This document shows, piece after piece, positions 29,205-40,096 of a DNA stretch of 64,000 bases. The stretch covers positions 96,001-160,000 of the forward strand of contig OY762654.1 of the NCBI GenBank assembly GCA_963666205.1, given 5' to 3'. The DNA is from Synergistales bacterium (lineage in GTDB: Bacteria; Synergistota; Synergistia; Synergistales; JAFGMB01). The notes beneath the pieces were generated by a model. The model was not told the DNA's origin. It searched no databases and was given only the letters and a program-made list of their open reading frames with translations. A program made the translations under genes and the position numbers. How positions within the stretch are numbered: position 1 is the first letter of the stretch; every line of letters starts with the position of its first letter.

Positions 29205-29455
29205 TTTACTTTCCCCCTAGCAACAAGATTTAGCTTGTTTTCAGCTGTGACAGCGTTAATAACGTCATATATCCAATGTGCAATAACCCTCTGTGGGGCT
29301 GAATTTTCTATCCAGCTTAGGATAAACTGAAATGAATTATCTTACAAGTCAAATATTTTCAAGTATTGCCCCGATTTCATTTTCCAATTAGATCATATTG
29401 ATAATTACAGATATTTATAAATTATAGATGTATACTCTTTAAATAAGCCTTGATA

Positions 29456-29674
29456 CTATAAATATTTACTGATGACGTCTACTCCAGCAAAAGCATAAAA
29501 ACCAAGTGTAATAGATGCTGCCAGCATGAATCCTAAAAGCATCCGCAAGTATAATATCCATAATTCCCCCCCCGGCCACTTGCCTTGTCGGATGTTTGCA
29601 ACTATTCGTGCCAAAAAAAGACATCCTATAAACAGGCCTAGTGCTATCAGTGCCTGAACATTTACAATTGGCAT
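29456..29674 (-). CDS. Small hypothetical membrane protein (two TM segments)
   Basis: 72 aa with two hydrophobic stretches; AAGGAG RBS; fills an otherwise empty gap. Confidence 0.75.
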   Translation of the reverse strand: MPIVNVQALIALGLFIGCLFLARIVANIRQGKWPGGELWILYLRMLLGFMLAASITLGFYAFAGVDVISKYL

Positions 29675-29768
29675 CTATGACAACTCCTTTTTTATTTTAC
29701 AATAATCCCTTGTAGTTAAACACGGGTTTTCTTTAATGTACAATAGTCAAGGGTATTCCAATAACGAC

Positions 29769-29799
29769 AAAAAAACGGGAGGATAATAATCCTCCCGTT
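29769..29799 (-). terminator. Intrinsic terminator after the tig...Gfo/Idh/MocA run
   Basis: AACGGGAGGAT/ATCCTCCCGTT stem; T-run follows on the minus strand. Confidence 0.85.
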
Positions 29800-29823
29800 A
29801 AAAATACACCATAGAATATAAAA

Positions 29824-30798
29824 TTATGAAGTCTGTTCTTTATTGATTTTATTTGATCTTGATTCAGCAATATGGATTTGTTTTAGAACTGAAATGGCTA
29901 CTTCAAGCGCTCTTTTACCATCACTTCCCCCAACAAGAGGTTGTTTGCCTTCTCTAACGCAGGAAACAAAATGTTGTAGTTCCAATTTCAGGGGTTCACT
30001 TTTTGGAAAAACAGGATGTTCAATTACTTCAATCAGGCTGTTGTCTTCTTTCACACAACGATGAATCGAAACATCCTGAGTTTCATAGTTTACCGTTACA
30101 TATCTTTGAGGTTCACTGATTTCCAGTTGTCTAAGCCTTCTTTCTGAAACCCTGCTGACGTGGATATGAGCAATTGATCCATTTTCAAATGACATTTGTG
30201 CTGTTGCAAGGTCTTCATGGTCAGATCGCAGGCATCTGCCCATGGCTGATATCTCTCTGATATCCGATTTTACCAGAGACATTATTATATCGATGTCGTG
30301 GATCATCAGATCAAGAACAACCCCTACATCATTTATTCTGGTTGAGTATGGCCCAAGTCTTCTTGACTGTAGAAAAACCGGGTCATGTATTATCTTGGAA
30401 ATATATTGAATAGCACTGTTAAAACGTTCAATATGACCTACTTGGAGAACCAGATCATATTTTTCAGCTATTCGAAGCAGTTCTTCTGCCTCTCTAACTG
30501 TAGTTGTAACCGGTTTTTCAATAAGAACATGAATTCCACTCAAAAGAGCTTTTTTGGCGACCTCATAGTGCAGGATTGTCGGTACAACTACACTTACAGC
30601 TTCAGGTCTGGCTTTTTGAATAAACTCATCTATGTTCGTATAAAAGGGTACTCCAAGTGTTTCTCCAATGACGGATGCACGGGATTCACTCTGATCCACA
30701 ACACCCACAAGCTGTGTACCAAGGATTTCAGTATATACTCTTGCATGATGTTGACCTAGGTGGCCGACTCCAATAACTCCAAGTCTTTTGAGTTCCAT
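29824..30798 (-). CDS. Gfo/Idh/MocA NAD-dependent oxidoreductase (GnnA/WbpB-like)
   Basis: GVIGVGHLG.HHAR, VPT..H, HVLIEKP, VGHIERFN, DV.VVLDLMIHDID. Confidence 0.88.
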   Translation of the reverse strand: MELKRLGVIGVGHLGQHHARVYTEILGTQLVGVVDQSESRASVIGETLGVPFYTNIDEFIQKARPEAVSVVVPTILHYEVAKKALLSGIHVLIEKPVTTTVREAEELLRIAEKYDLVLQVGHIERFNSAIQYISKIIHDPVFLQSRRLGPYSTRINDVGVVLDLMIHDIDIIMSLVKSDIREISAMGRCLRSDHEDLATAQMSFENGSIAHIHVSRVSERRLRQLEISEPQRYVTVNYETQDVSIHRCVKEDNSLIEVIEHPVFPKSEPLKLELQHFVSCVREGKQPLVGGSDGKRALEVAISVLKQIHIAESRSNKINKEQTS

Positions 30799-30840
30799 AT
30801 ATGGATCACTCCTTGTTAATTGCTCTTAAAATATCCTTCT

Positions 30841-31632
30841 TTATATATTCTCCCACCAGAAAGGTGAATTTTGGTACATCTTTTTTAATCTTACCAGAAG
30901 CATCATTCTGCGAGAGGTCCCATTTCTTCTATAAGAATAAAATAAAGAATCTTTACATGATGTACAGTCGGTGATTCTGTTTATATGATCAATGGGTAAT
31001 CCATTTTCGTGTAGTTGCATGCTGATAGCTCTTCCAATATCAATTGAAATTAATCCATCCCCTGTTGATAACAAACATTCGACAGGAAGTCTATCTGCCG
31101 CCTCCATTGTTGAGGGATCAAGAGCCTTTCTGGTATAACAACAGGAACCTATCCCTGGTCCCACCCAGGAAAAAGCTGAATTCAAAGAATCATTTCCATA
31201 CCTGCGCTTCACGATAGAAATGCCCTCTTTTACAATATTTTTCAGAGTCCCCCTGTATCCCGAATGAAGGACAAGAGCCCATGGCTCAGGCTGGGAGGAA
31301 GATATCAGGACTGGAAAACAATCTGCAAACCGGAGAGATATAAAAAGATCAGTACTGGAAAGAAAGATTCCGTCAGCTTCAGGCCTTTGTGGTAATGTGA
31401 TTTCTTTAGAGGCTAAAAGAATTCTGGTTCCGTGAACCTGCTTGGGTGAGATTATTTGAGGCATGGTCCCAAAAAGGAGGTTTACGGCTTTAAGAGGGTC
31501 TCCATTGGAGTTGTCCATTATTTTGCCCTTTAAAAAAAGAGTTGCTGATAAGTACCTGCTTAGCATTCCTGGAGCAAGGTAAGATATCAATGATTGTTCC
31601 CGGGTATTTTTAAAAAAGAAATAGTTGTTCAT
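30841..31632 (-). CDS. pgeF: Purine nucleoside phosphorylase / peptidoglycan editing factor YfiH (PgeF)
   Basis: QVHG, ADG, ADCFPV, LHSGYRG, GPGIG.CCY, CTSC...FYSYRR. Confidence 0.88.
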   Translation of the reverse strand: MNNYFFFKNTREQSLISYLAPGMLSRYLSATLFLKGKIMDNSNGDPLKAVNLLFGTMPQIISPKQVHGTRILLASKEITLPQRPEADGIFLSSTDLFISLRFADCFPVLISSSQPEPWALVLHSGYRGTLKNIVKEGISIVKRRYGNDSLNSAFSWVGPGIGSCCYTRKALDPSTMEAADRLPVECLLSTGDGLISIDIGRAISMQLHENGLPIDHINRITDCTSCKDSLFYSYRRNGTSRRMMLLVRLKKMYQNSPFWWENI

Positions 31633-31638
31633 TTCCCA

Positions 31639-32976
31639 CTAGTCTCTAAAGGGAAAATCGTTTTTGAGTTTGTCTATCATAAGTCCCACAAGATAAAGAC
31701 TTCCGCAGATAACAACAGTTTCTGCTTCTAAAGATGCTTGTCTTACTGCAGTAAAAGGGTCTGATATTGCTCTTGGTTTCTTATTCCATCTGAACAGCGA
31801 GGCTACCCTTAATAATTCTTCAGCAGATTCGCATCTTGAATAATTCGGTATCTGGGTAAGAATGACCCCTGACCCACTCTTCGAGAGGAGCTCCAGAGCT
31901 GCTCTATAGTCTTTATCAGACATGGAAGTAAAAACAAACAACATTTTTTGTCTGGCTGATTCGGTTAATATTGAGTTCAAAGAACTAACAAGGGCTTTTA
32001 CACCCTGTTCATTATGAGCGCCATCGAGTATTACAGTAGGGTTATGAGAAATGATTTCCATTCTCCCCGGCCACCTTGTATTGCGAATGCCTTGTTTTAT
32101 TGAATGAATATCTATCCTTGTAAAATACTTTTGCAATTGAAGAGCCGCAATTACAGCAAGAGAACTATTATGTACCTGATAAAACCCGATCATGCTGGTC
32201 ATGACATGAACAGGGATTTCATTTCTATTCCAGTTTAGTAGATATTCTGTTGAATCAAGACTTAGATGGATATCTGAGTATGAGATGTGACCGGATACTA
32301 TAGTTCCAGTGCATTTCTTTTTCATGCACTGTTCTTCAAAAAGTATTTCCAGGTCCTTGTTTCCACCAAAATACAGAGCATTGCCATTCTCTCTTATAAC
32401 AGCAAATTTCTCTGTTGCGATAGATATTAGATCAGGACCTAGAAATTCAGAATGATCAAGAGAAACAGGAGTAAATACGGAGAGAACAATATTACCCATC
32501 AAGTTTGTTGCATCAAGCCTTCCACCCATGCCCGCTTCTATAACAGCAATATCGACATTTGCCTCTGCTATAAGTAGAAAAGAAATTGCAGTAAGGGTCT
32601 CGAAAAAGGAAGGAGGATCTTTTTTAAGCGTGGGGTCAGAACTGATAGAATCAAATACCTTTGCAGATGCTCTGATCCATCTATCTTTTTCGATACAATG
32701 ACCATCCAGTACCAGTCTTTCACCCAGGTGACTCAGATGAGGACTTGTGTATGTCGCTGTCTTATAGCCAGAAGAAATAAATATATTAGATAAAAAAACT
32801 GAGGTAGACCCTTTACCATTAGTGCCAACAACATGTACTGCATTGAATGAATCTTGTGGATTCCCAAGCTTTTTTAAAAGAATTGCAATACGGTCCAAGC
32901 CCGGGCGGATACCCGGGCTTGAATATTTTACTATGGATTTCTCAAGCTCTTCAAAAAAATGATGTTTGCTGGTCAT
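31639..32976 (-). CDS. folC: Folylpolyglutamate synthase / dihydrofolate synthase
   Basis: HVVGTNGKGS, YTSPHL, FFE.LT, EAGMGGRLDATN, WPGR.E, LDGAHN, GSLYLVG. Confidence 0.95.
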   Translation of the reverse strand: MTSKHHFFEELEKSIVKYSSPGIRPGLDRIAILLKKLGNPQDSFNAVHVVGTNGKGSTSVFLSNIFISSGYKTATYTSPHLSHLGERLVLDGHCIEKDRWIRASAKVFDSISSDPTLKKDPPSFFETLTAISFLLIAEANVDIAVIEAGMGGRLDATNLMGNIVLSVFTPVSLDHSEFLGPDLISIATEKFAVIRENGNALYFGGNKDLEILFEEQCMKKKCTGTIVSGHISYSDIHLSLDSTEYLLNWNRNEIPVHVMTSMIGFYQVHNSSLAVIAALQLQKYFTRIDIHSIKQGIRNTRWPGRMEIISHNPTVILDGAHNEQGVKALVSSLNSILTESARQKMLFVFTSMSDKDYRAALELLSKSGSGVILTQIPNYSRCESAEELLRVASLFRWNKKPRAISDPFTAVRQASLEAETVVICGSLYLVGLMIDKLKNDFPFRD

Positions 32977-35645
32977 GAATTCTTGAGACTGGCTATGTTT
33001 TCCAGTATACGTTGTTTGCGTTCTTCTCCCAGGCGCAGGCGTTCCCTCTCCTGTTCTACAACCTCCTGAGGGGCTTTTGAGACGAAAGCTGAATTAGAGA
33101 GTTTTTTTCTGTTTAATGAAATGTTTTTCTCCAGGGCTTGAAGTTCCTGATCTAATCTTGAGACCTCGGATGCTATATCAATCAGGTTACCTAACTCAAG
33201 GAATATTTCACATTTTGCCAGAACTGTTGACAAAGATCGTTCCGGTTTTTCTGAAGAAAGAGAACGGATCTCAATGATATCTACTCTTGTTAACAGTGAA
33301 ACCATATCACAATTTCTGTTGAGCAGGTCCGTGAAGTCTGTATCATCTGTTCTTATAATAAGTCTGGGTATCCGTTGCTGAGGTGGAAGATGTGCTTCGG
33401 CTCTCAGGTTCCTTATGTTACGGATCACTTCCTGAAATGAATCAACAGTCCCTTCAAGCACAATATCTATATCATCAACAGTAGCTTCTGGCCAGTTCTG
33501 TCGCTCTATGAAATCTTTACTGAAACCGAAGGAATTCCACAGTTCTTCAGTTACAAATGGGATAAAGGGGTGAAGAAGCATTAGCACTGATTTGAAAACC
33601 TTATGGATGACTGCTTGAGATACCTGTTTCCTTTTTACCCCTTCTTCTCCTTTTAGGGCTGGTTTTGCCATTTCAAGGTACCAATCACAAATATCTCCCC
33701 AGGTAAAATCGTAAAGCAGTCTGGCAGCTTCACCGATAAAATAACCATCAATCAGACTGGTGGTTTCCTGGATTACCCTGTTTGTTCTTGAAATTATCCA
33801 TTTGTCATGTAGCCTCAAACAATTGGGATCGAGGGTACATGAATCTGGAAATCCTTCAAGGTTCATAATTGCGAACCTGCTTGCATTCCATAGTTTGTTC
33901 ATAAAGAACCTGTAGGTCTCAACTCTTTTCGGTCCAAGAAGTATGTCTCTACCCTGTACTGTAAGTGCCGCTATTGTCATGCGAAGAGCATCTGCCCCGA
34001 ATTGATCTATCAGAGTCAATGGATCAACGACATTCCCTTTGGATTTACTCATTTTCTGTCCACTTTCATCTCGAACCAGGGCATGGATATAAACATCCTT
34101 AAAGGGTTCAACATCATCCATAAACTCAAGACCCATCATTATCATCCTGGCTACCCAGAAAAATATAATATCAAAGCCTGTAACCATTAACGATGTGGGG
34201 TAAAAATAATTCAGGTCCCGGGATTTATCCGGCCATCCAAGAGTAGAAAAAGGCCACAGCGCACTGCTGAACCAGGTATCAAGCACATCAGGGTCCTGAA
34301 CAATATTCTTGCTGCCGCATGAGGAACATTCGGTCGGATCATTTTCGGTTACAGTAATATGCCCGCAGTCCAAACATGACCAGGCTGGTATCCTATGGCC
34401 CCACCATAACTGTCTTGAAATACACCAGTCTCTGATGTTGTCCATCCACTGAAAATAAGTGTTTTCCCATTGAGGAGGTACCCATGTGATTTTCCCGTCT
34501 TTTACAGCCTTGACTCCGGCATCAGCAAGGGGTCGAGTCTTTACAAACCATTGTTCAGAAAGGTAGGGTTCAACTATGGTGTGACATCTGTAGCAATGTC
34601 CAATCGAATGACTGATTTCCTCAGTTCGGATAAGCAATCCCTTTTCTTCAAGGTGCTTGACTACAACTTTACGGGCTTCCAGAACAGACATGCCTGTATA
34701 CAATGGGGCATTCTCGTTCATAAGTCCATTCTCATCTATAACCTGTATCTGTTCCAGATCATGTCTCAAACCAACAAGGAAATCGTTAGGATCATGTGCT
34801 GGGGTTATCTTGACACATCCGGTTCCAAATTCGGGATCTACCATTATGTCTTCAATAATCTTTATAGAACGGTCTGTAAGAGGAACATAAACTTCCTGTC
34901 CTATCATTTCCCTGTTTCTTTCGGAACGTGGGTGAACTGCTATAGCAGTGTCTCCAAGAATTGTTTCAGGTCTAGTTGTAGCCACGACTACTTCTCCAGA
35001 ACCATTAATTAAGGGATATCTGACATAGTACAACTTCCCGGGTAAATCTTCATGGTCAACTTCTATATCAGAAAGTGCAGTATGGCACCTGGGACACCAG
35101 TTGATTATGTATTTGCCTTTATATATCAATCCTTTGTTGTAGAGTCTTACAAAAACTGACCTTACAGCTTTAGATAACCCTTCATCCATAGTGAAACGAA
35201 GTCTGCGCCAGTCACAGGAATCACCAAGTTTCTTTTGTTGTTCCACAATCCTGTTCCCGTACTCCTCTTTCCATTCCCAGACTTTTTGTACAAAATCCTC
35301 TCTGCCAAGATCATGTCTTGAAAGTCCTTCTTTAGCGAGTTTTCTTTCCACAACATTCTGAGTGGCAATACCGGCATGATCTGTTCCAGGTAGCCATAGT
35401 ACATTAAACCCCTTCATTCTTTTATAGCGGCAGACTATATCCTGAAAAGTATGATTAAAAGCATGTCCTATGTGTAACGAACCAGTTACATTGGGGGGGG
35501 GGATAACAATACTGAACGATTCCTTAGTGTTGTCAACATCTGCATTAAAAAGTCCTTCAGCTTCCCAGCGGGAATACCATTTTTCTTCAATAGGACCGGG
35601 ATCATATGTTTTATCAAGTGCTGGTTTGTTTTCCTTCATGTACAC
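32973..35645 (-). CDS. valS: Valine--tRNA ligase
   Basis: PPPNVTGSLHIGH, DWCISRQLWWGHRIP, DVLDTWFSS, KMSKS, C-terminal coiled coil F..KAP..VV. Confidence 0.98.
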   Translation of the reverse strand: MYMKENKPALDKTYDPGPIEEKWYSRWEAEGLFNADVDNTKESFSIVIPPPNVTGSLHIGHAFNHTFQDIVCRYKRMKGFNVLWLPGTDHAGIATQNVVERKLAKEGLSRHDLGREDFVQKVWEWKEEYGNRIVEQQKKLGDSCDWRRLRFTMDEGLSKAVRSVFVRLYNKGLIYKGKYIINWCPRCHTALSDIEVDHEDLPGKLYYVRYPLINGSGEVVVATTRPETILGDTAIAVHPRSERNREMIGQEVYVPLTDRSIKIIEDIMVDPEFGTGCVKITPAHDPNDFLVGLRHDLEQIQVIDENGLMNENAPLYTGMSVLEARKVVVKHLEEKGLLIRTEEISHSIGHCYRCHTIVEPYLSEQWFVKTRPLADAGVKAVKDGKITWVPPQWENTYFQWMDNIRDWCISRQLWWGHRIPAWSCLDCGHITVTENDPTECSSCGSKNIVQDPDVLDTWFSSALWPFSTLGWPDKSRDLNYFYPTSLMVTGFDIIFFWVARMIMMGLEFMDDVEPFKDVYIHALVRDESGQKMSKSKGNVVDPLTLIDQFGADALRMTIAALTVQGRDILLGPKRVETYRFFMNKLWNASRFAIMNLEGFPDSCTLDPNCLRLHDKWIISRTNRVIQETTSLIDGYFIGEAARLLYDFTWGDICDWYLEMAKPALKGEEGVKRKQVSQAVIHKVFKSVLMLLHPFIPFVTEELWNSFGFSKDFIERQNWPEATVDDIDIVLEGTVDSFQEVIRNIRNLRAEAHLPPQQRIPRLIIRTDDTDFTDLLNRNCDMVSLLTRVDIIEIRSLSSEKPERSLSTVLAKCEIFLELGNLIDIASEVSRLDQELQALEKNISLNRKKLSNSAFVSKAPQEVVEQERERLRLGEERKQRILENIASLKNS

Positions 35646-35718
35646 TGTCCCCCTCTAAAGTCTGTTTCATCCGACATAGTAATAATTTCAGATATCCTTT
35701 CACAAAACATTAATTATT

Positions 35719-36327
35719 TCAAGATTTTACTTCGGTAATTTCTGTAATATATTGTTCCAGGAACTCCCTTAATGAGTCCATTCCTTCGCCGTTGGGTACC
35801 GAAGTAAGAAAGGGAACCTCCAGAGAACGCAGGCCTTCTCTGATGTACTTATGTAAATAGGCTTTTCTTTTTCCTCTGGAGATCTTATCAATCTTTGTGA
35901 AAACCGTTAATAAAGGTATTCCAAGGCCATGTATCCATTCCTGGAGCATTTTGTCATTTTCAAGAAGGCCATGTCTAAAATCAACAAGGCTGACCAACAA
36001 TGCCAATGTTCCCCTGGTCTGTATATAACTTTCTATCAGCCTGGACCACTCTTTTCTCTCAGTTTTACTTCTGGAGGCAAAACCATAACCAGGAAGATCT
36101 ACCAGAACAAAGGAAATATCTCCTTCAATTCTATAAAAATTGATACTTCTGGTTTTTCCAGGTCTGGATGCCACATGGGCAATCTTTTGAGATACAAGTT
36201 TATTTAACAGACTGGATTTTCCGACATTTGACCTGCCCGCAATAGCGATTTCCGGGAGTCCTTCTTCAGGAAACTGAGATTTGTTAAAGGCAGTCTGAAG
36301 TAGTTGGACCTTCCATCTCTTATGCAT
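35719..36327 (-). CDS. engB: Ribosome biogenesis GTPase YihA/YsxC
   Basis: GRSNVGKSSL, PGKT..INFY, DLPGYG, TKIDK. Confidence 0.95.
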   Translation of the reverse strand: MHKRWKVQLLQTAFNKSQFPEEGLPEIAIAGRSNVGKSSLLNKLVSQKIAHVASRPGKTRSINFYRIEGDISFVLVDLPGYGFASRSKTERKEWSRLIESYIQTRGTLALLVSLVDFRHGLLENDKMLQEWIHGLGIPLLTVFTKIDKISRGKRKAYLHKYIREGLRSLEVPFLTSVPNGEGMDSLREFLEQYITEITEVKS

Positions 36328-36330
36328 GGG

Positions 36331-38670
36331 TTATTTCTCAAGTGCAATCTGGAAAACTTCTGAAACATCACTTACAAAATGAAATTTCATTCCATCAACT
36401 GCCCATGGGGCAAGTTCTTCAAGATCAAGCCTGTTGGAGGCTGGAAGAATAACTCTAAATATCTTGTTCCTTTTCGCAGCAAGGATCTTTTCTCTTATAC
36501 CACCTACAGGAAGAACCTGGCCAAGAAGTGTGATTTCACCGGTCATGGCGACAGAAGAAGAGACCTTCCTGCCGCTGACGGCTGAAAGCATGGCGAGAGC
36601 CATGGTTATACCGGCAGATGGACCATCTTTTGGGATGGCTCCTTCGGGAACATGGAGATGAATATCAATCGTATCCCATTCTATATGATCAAGGTTTAAC
36701 TTGTCTGAATTGGCTTTTAGAAAACCATAGGCGGTCTGGGCCGACTCCTGCATTATATCTCCCAGATTTCCTGTAAAAGTTACAGCCCCTTTACCTTTCA
36801 TTTTTGCTGCTTCAATTACCAGAGCATCTCCACCCGCTTGTGTCCATGCCAGACCTACAGCTATACCCTGTTGATCCTGTTTTGGTATACTCAGATCATA
36901 TGTTCTGGGAGGGCCAAGATAGTCTTTAAGATTGGATCTCTTTATTGATACTGAATGTCCCGGATTAGTCTGAATTGGAAGATCCTCAACAATCTGTTTA
37001 GTGACCTTGCGACAGATCTTCGCAAGTTCTCTTTCCAGACTTCGTACTCCGGCTTCTCTTGTATAATCCCTGATAATACATCCTAAAGAACCTGGTGTTA
37101 TCTTAACTTCTTTAGGGGTCAGGCCGTGTTCTTTCAGAATCTTGGGTATAAGGTGCCGTTTCGCAATATGAACTTTTTCTTCAGCAACATAGCCTGGTAT
37201 ACTGATTATTTCCATTCTATCCAGGAGTGGCTTGGGAATTGAATGGGTAACATTTGCTGTCGTAATGAACATAACCTTACTCAGGTCAAAGGGAACTTCC
37301 AGAAAATGATCTGTGAAGGAAAAGTTCTGTTCTGGATCAAGTACTTCAAGTAACGCTGCAGATGGGTCGCCTCTAAAGTCCATCCCCATTTTATCTATCT
37401 CATCCATGAGCATGACAGGATTAGAGGTTCCAGCCTGTCTGATTTTCTGGATGATCCTTCCGGGAAGTGATCCGACATAGGTTTTACGGTGGCCACGGAT
37501 TTCTGCTTCATCCCTCATTCCACCAAGGGACATGCTGACAAACTTTCTATCTAGTGACCTTGCGATTGATCGGGCAAGGGATGTTTTTCCAACTCCAGGA
37601 GGTCCTACAAAGCATAGTACCTGGCCACGCATGTTACCTTTGGCGAGGATTCTTACAGCAAGATACTCCAGAATTCTTTCCTTGACTTTTTCAAGTCCGT
37701 AGTGGTCTTCATCAAGAACCTTTCTAGCTAAGGTAAGATCCAGTCTATCCAAGGATTCAATGTTCCATGGTAGAGAGACCAACCAATCAATATAAGTTCG
37801 GACAACGGTTGCCTCAGCAGACATGACGGGCATTTTCGATAGCCGATCAAGCTCGTGAAGAGCTTTTGTCTGAACATCATGAGGCATTTGTGCGTCTCCT
37901 ATCTTCTGCTTGAACTCATCAAGCTCAGAAGAAGATTCTCCCTGTCCAAGCTCATCCTGTATGATTTTAAGCTGTTCTCTAAGGTAATACTCCTTATGGC
38001 CTCTTTCAAGCTCTTTCCGGACCTTGTCCTGTATATCGTGTTCAAGTTCAAGTATATCGATTTCTTCAATAAGCACCTTAAGAATATGTTTCATCAACAG
38101 TTCCGGGTCTGTAACTTCCAGAAGACGCTGTTTTTCACTGATGCGGATTGTCAGGTGTGATGCCACAAGATCGGCCAGCTGAGCAGCATCCTCTATATTC
38201 ATAGCAGAAATAAGCACTTCTGAAGGGATCTTTGGATGGAGGGTCACGTATTTCTCAAACTGTTCAAGAACACTCCGCCTCAGAGCTTCTGATTGTTCAG
38301 AAAGAGGCTTATCCCATCGAATAGTCTGAATATTTGCTTCCAGTACTTCTTTCCCCTTGATGAACTGGACTATCTTGACTTTTTCTACTCCTTCTATTAG
38401 AACTTTCGTTGTGCCATCGGGAATACGTACCATCTGTAGAATATTACACAGTGTTCCTACTTCGAACAGTTCATCGGGATTAGGATCTTCTACCTGCATA
38501 TCTTTCTGTGCAACGACGACAATAGTCCTATCCTGAAGCATTGCAAGCTCAATAGCTTTCAAAGACCTTGGTCTCCCCACAAACAGGGGGGTGATTATTC
38601 CGGGAAATAAAACAATATCCCTTACAGGCAGTACACAAGATTGTTTTGTATTCAGAAGTTCCGAAGCCAT
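36331..38670 (-). CDS. lon: ATP-dependent protease La
   Basis: LON N-domain; DHYGL..VKERI, GPPGVGKTS, DEAEIRGHR, PKDGPSAG, VGGIREK. Confidence 0.98.
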   Translation of the reverse strand: MASELLNTKQSCVLPVRDIVLFPGIITPLFVGRPRSLKAIELAMLQDRTIVVVAQKDMQVEDPNPDELFEVGTLCNILQMVRIPDGTTKVLIEGVEKVKIVQFIKGKEVLEANIQTIRWDKPLSEQSEALRRSVLEQFEKYVTLHPKIPSEVLISAMNIEDAAQLADLVASHLTIRISEKQRLLEVTDPELLMKHILKVLIEEIDILELEHDIQDKVRKELERGHKEYYLREQLKIIQDELGQGESSSELDEFKQKIGDAQMPHDVQTKALHELDRLSKMPVMSAEATVVRTYIDWLVSLPWNIESLDRLDLTLARKVLDEDHYGLEKVKERILEYLAVRILAKGNMRGQVLCFVGPPGVGKTSLARSIARSLDRKFVSMSLGGMRDEAEIRGHRKTYVGSLPGRIIQKIRQAGTSNPVMLMDEIDKMGMDFRGDPSAALLEVLDPEQNFSFTDHFLEVPFDLSKVMFITTANVTHSIPKPLLDRMEIISIPGYVAEEKVHIAKRHLIPKILKEHGLTPKEVKITPGSLGCIIRDYTREAGVRSLERELAKICRKVTKQIVEDLPIQTNPGHSVSIKRSNLKDYLGPPRTYDLSIPKQDQQGIAVGLAWTQAGGDALVIEAAKMKGKGAVTFTGNLGDIMQESAQTAYGFLKANSDKLNLDHIEWDTIDIHLHVPEGAIPKDGPSAGITMALAMLSAVSGRKVSSSVAMTGEITLLGQVLPVGGIREKILAAKRNKIFRVILPASNRLDLEELAPWAVDGMKFHFVSDVSEVFQIALEK

Positions 38671-38673
38671 AAA

Positions 38674-39963
38674 TTAGGCTACCTCCTCATTTTCTCTTCG
38701 TTTTATTACTGGTTTTGCTTTTCCTGCGACCATGTCCCCGGTAATCAGGATCTGGGAAATAGTATCAGCTTTTGAGGGAATCTCATACATGAGGTCAAGC
38801 ATCAGTGCTTCCATAATGCTTCTTAACCCCCTTGCACCTGTATTCTTACTGCTTGCAAGGGTTGCAATCTCAATTATGGCATCTTCAGAAAAATCAAGCT
38901 GAATGTTTTCCATTGCAAATGACTTCTGATATTGCCTGATAAGGGCATTCTTAGGTTCGAGGAGGATCTTTGCAAGTGCTTCTGTGTCAAGATCCTGAAG
39001 GGGAAGCGTTACAGGAAGTCTTCCAACCAGTTCAGGTATGAAACCATAACGCATAAGATCCTCTGGTTGTGTATGTATAATAAGGTTGAATTTGTCATGT
39101 TTCTGTCCGGTGATAACATTACCACCAAATCCAATTATTTTCTGGTTTACCCTTCTGGCAATTACGTCTTCCAGGCCATCAAAAGCACCTGCACAGATGA
39201 AAAGGATATTGGTTGTATCCAGCTGGATAAAGTCCTGGTATGGATGTTTTCGACCACCCTTAGGAGGCACATTGGCAACCGTTCCTTCAAGAATCTTTAG
39301 AAGGGCCTGCTGCACTCCTTCACCGGAAACATCTCTTGTTATAGATGTTGATTCGGACTTTCTGGATACCTTGTCGATTTCATCAATATAAATGATTCCC
39401 TTTTCTGCAGCTTTAACATCATAATCGGCTGCCTGAAGAAGTTTAACAAGAATGTTTTCAACATCTTCTCCAACATATCCTGCTTCAGTAAGTGTTGTTG
39501 CGTCTGCCATGGCAAAAGGCACATTCAGTTTTCGTGCAAGGCTTTGCGCTATCAGCGTTTTACCGCAGCCAGTGGGGCCAATAAGAAGCACATTACTTTT
39601 TTGGAGTTCTACGTCGTTCTCTGATCTGTAACTATTGTTATGGATTCGCTTGTAATGATTGTAGACGGCTACCGATATACCCTTTTTTGCAAGTTCCTGT
39701 CCTATTACGTACTGATCGAGAAATGATTTTATCACAGTAGGTTTTGGAAGTTCCTGGAGAGGGGTTTCCAGAACTGCCTCAATCTTATCAGCGTCCTCTA
39801 CCTCCTCATTGAGGATAAGGTTACAGAGGTGAACACATTCGTTACAGATGTAAACCCCGGGGCCGGCAATGAGCTTCTGAACTTCATCCTGTCCTTTGCC
39901 ACAAAAAGAACAGTGAAGGTCGTTCTTTCTTTCGCCATTTCCATGATCTTCAAATTTAAACAT
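38674..39963 (-). CDS. clpX: ATP-dependent Clp protease ATP-binding subunit
   Basis: CSFCGK zinc finger, [34 protein letters not shown] loop, TGARGLR. Confidence 0.98.
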   Translation of the reverse strand: MFKFEDHGNGERKNDLHCSFCGKGQDEVQKLIAGPGVYICNECVHLCNLILNEEVEDADKIEAVLETPLQELPKPTVIKSFLDQYVIGQELAKKGISVAVYNHYKRIHNNSYRSENDVELQKSNVLLIGPTGCGKTLIAQSLARKLNVPFAMADATTLTEAGYVGEDVENILVKLLQAADYDVKAAEKGIIYIDEIDKVSRKSESTSITRDVSGEGVQQALLKILEGTVANVPPKGGRKHPYQDFIQLDTTNILFICAGAFDGLEDVIARRVNQKIIGFGGNVITGQKHDKFNLIIHTQPEDLMRYGFIPELVGRLPVTLPLQDLDTEALAKILLEPKNALIRQYQKSFAMENIQLDFSEDAIIEIATLASSKNTGARGLRSIMEALMLDLMYEIPSKADTISQILITGDMVAGKAKPVIKRRENEEVA

Positions 39964-40024
39964 TCAGCGACCTCCTTTGGAACCTCATCAATCTGAATCT
40001 CAGCGGGTTCCAAATCCAAACATC

Positions 40025-40083
40025 AAAAAACCCAAACAAGGGAGCTCCTATAGGGCTCCCTTATTGTACTGCTTTTTGGGTTT
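40025..40083 (-). terminator. Compound hairpin with U-run between clpP and clpX
   Basis: Inner AAGGGAGC/GCTCCCTT and outer AAACCCAAA/TTTGGGTTT stems, followed by T-run on the minus strand. Confidence 0.6.
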
Positions 40084-40096
40084 CACTGCAGTGTAT

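Noticed and set aside
29205-29455. Cobalamin riboswitch upstream of the mutase
   Set aside because: AT-rich; no B12-box or GGGAA core recognisable by eye. An Rfam scan would be needed to exclude it fully.
34470-35012. 180-aa plus-strand ORF
   Set aside because: Antisense shadow inside valS.
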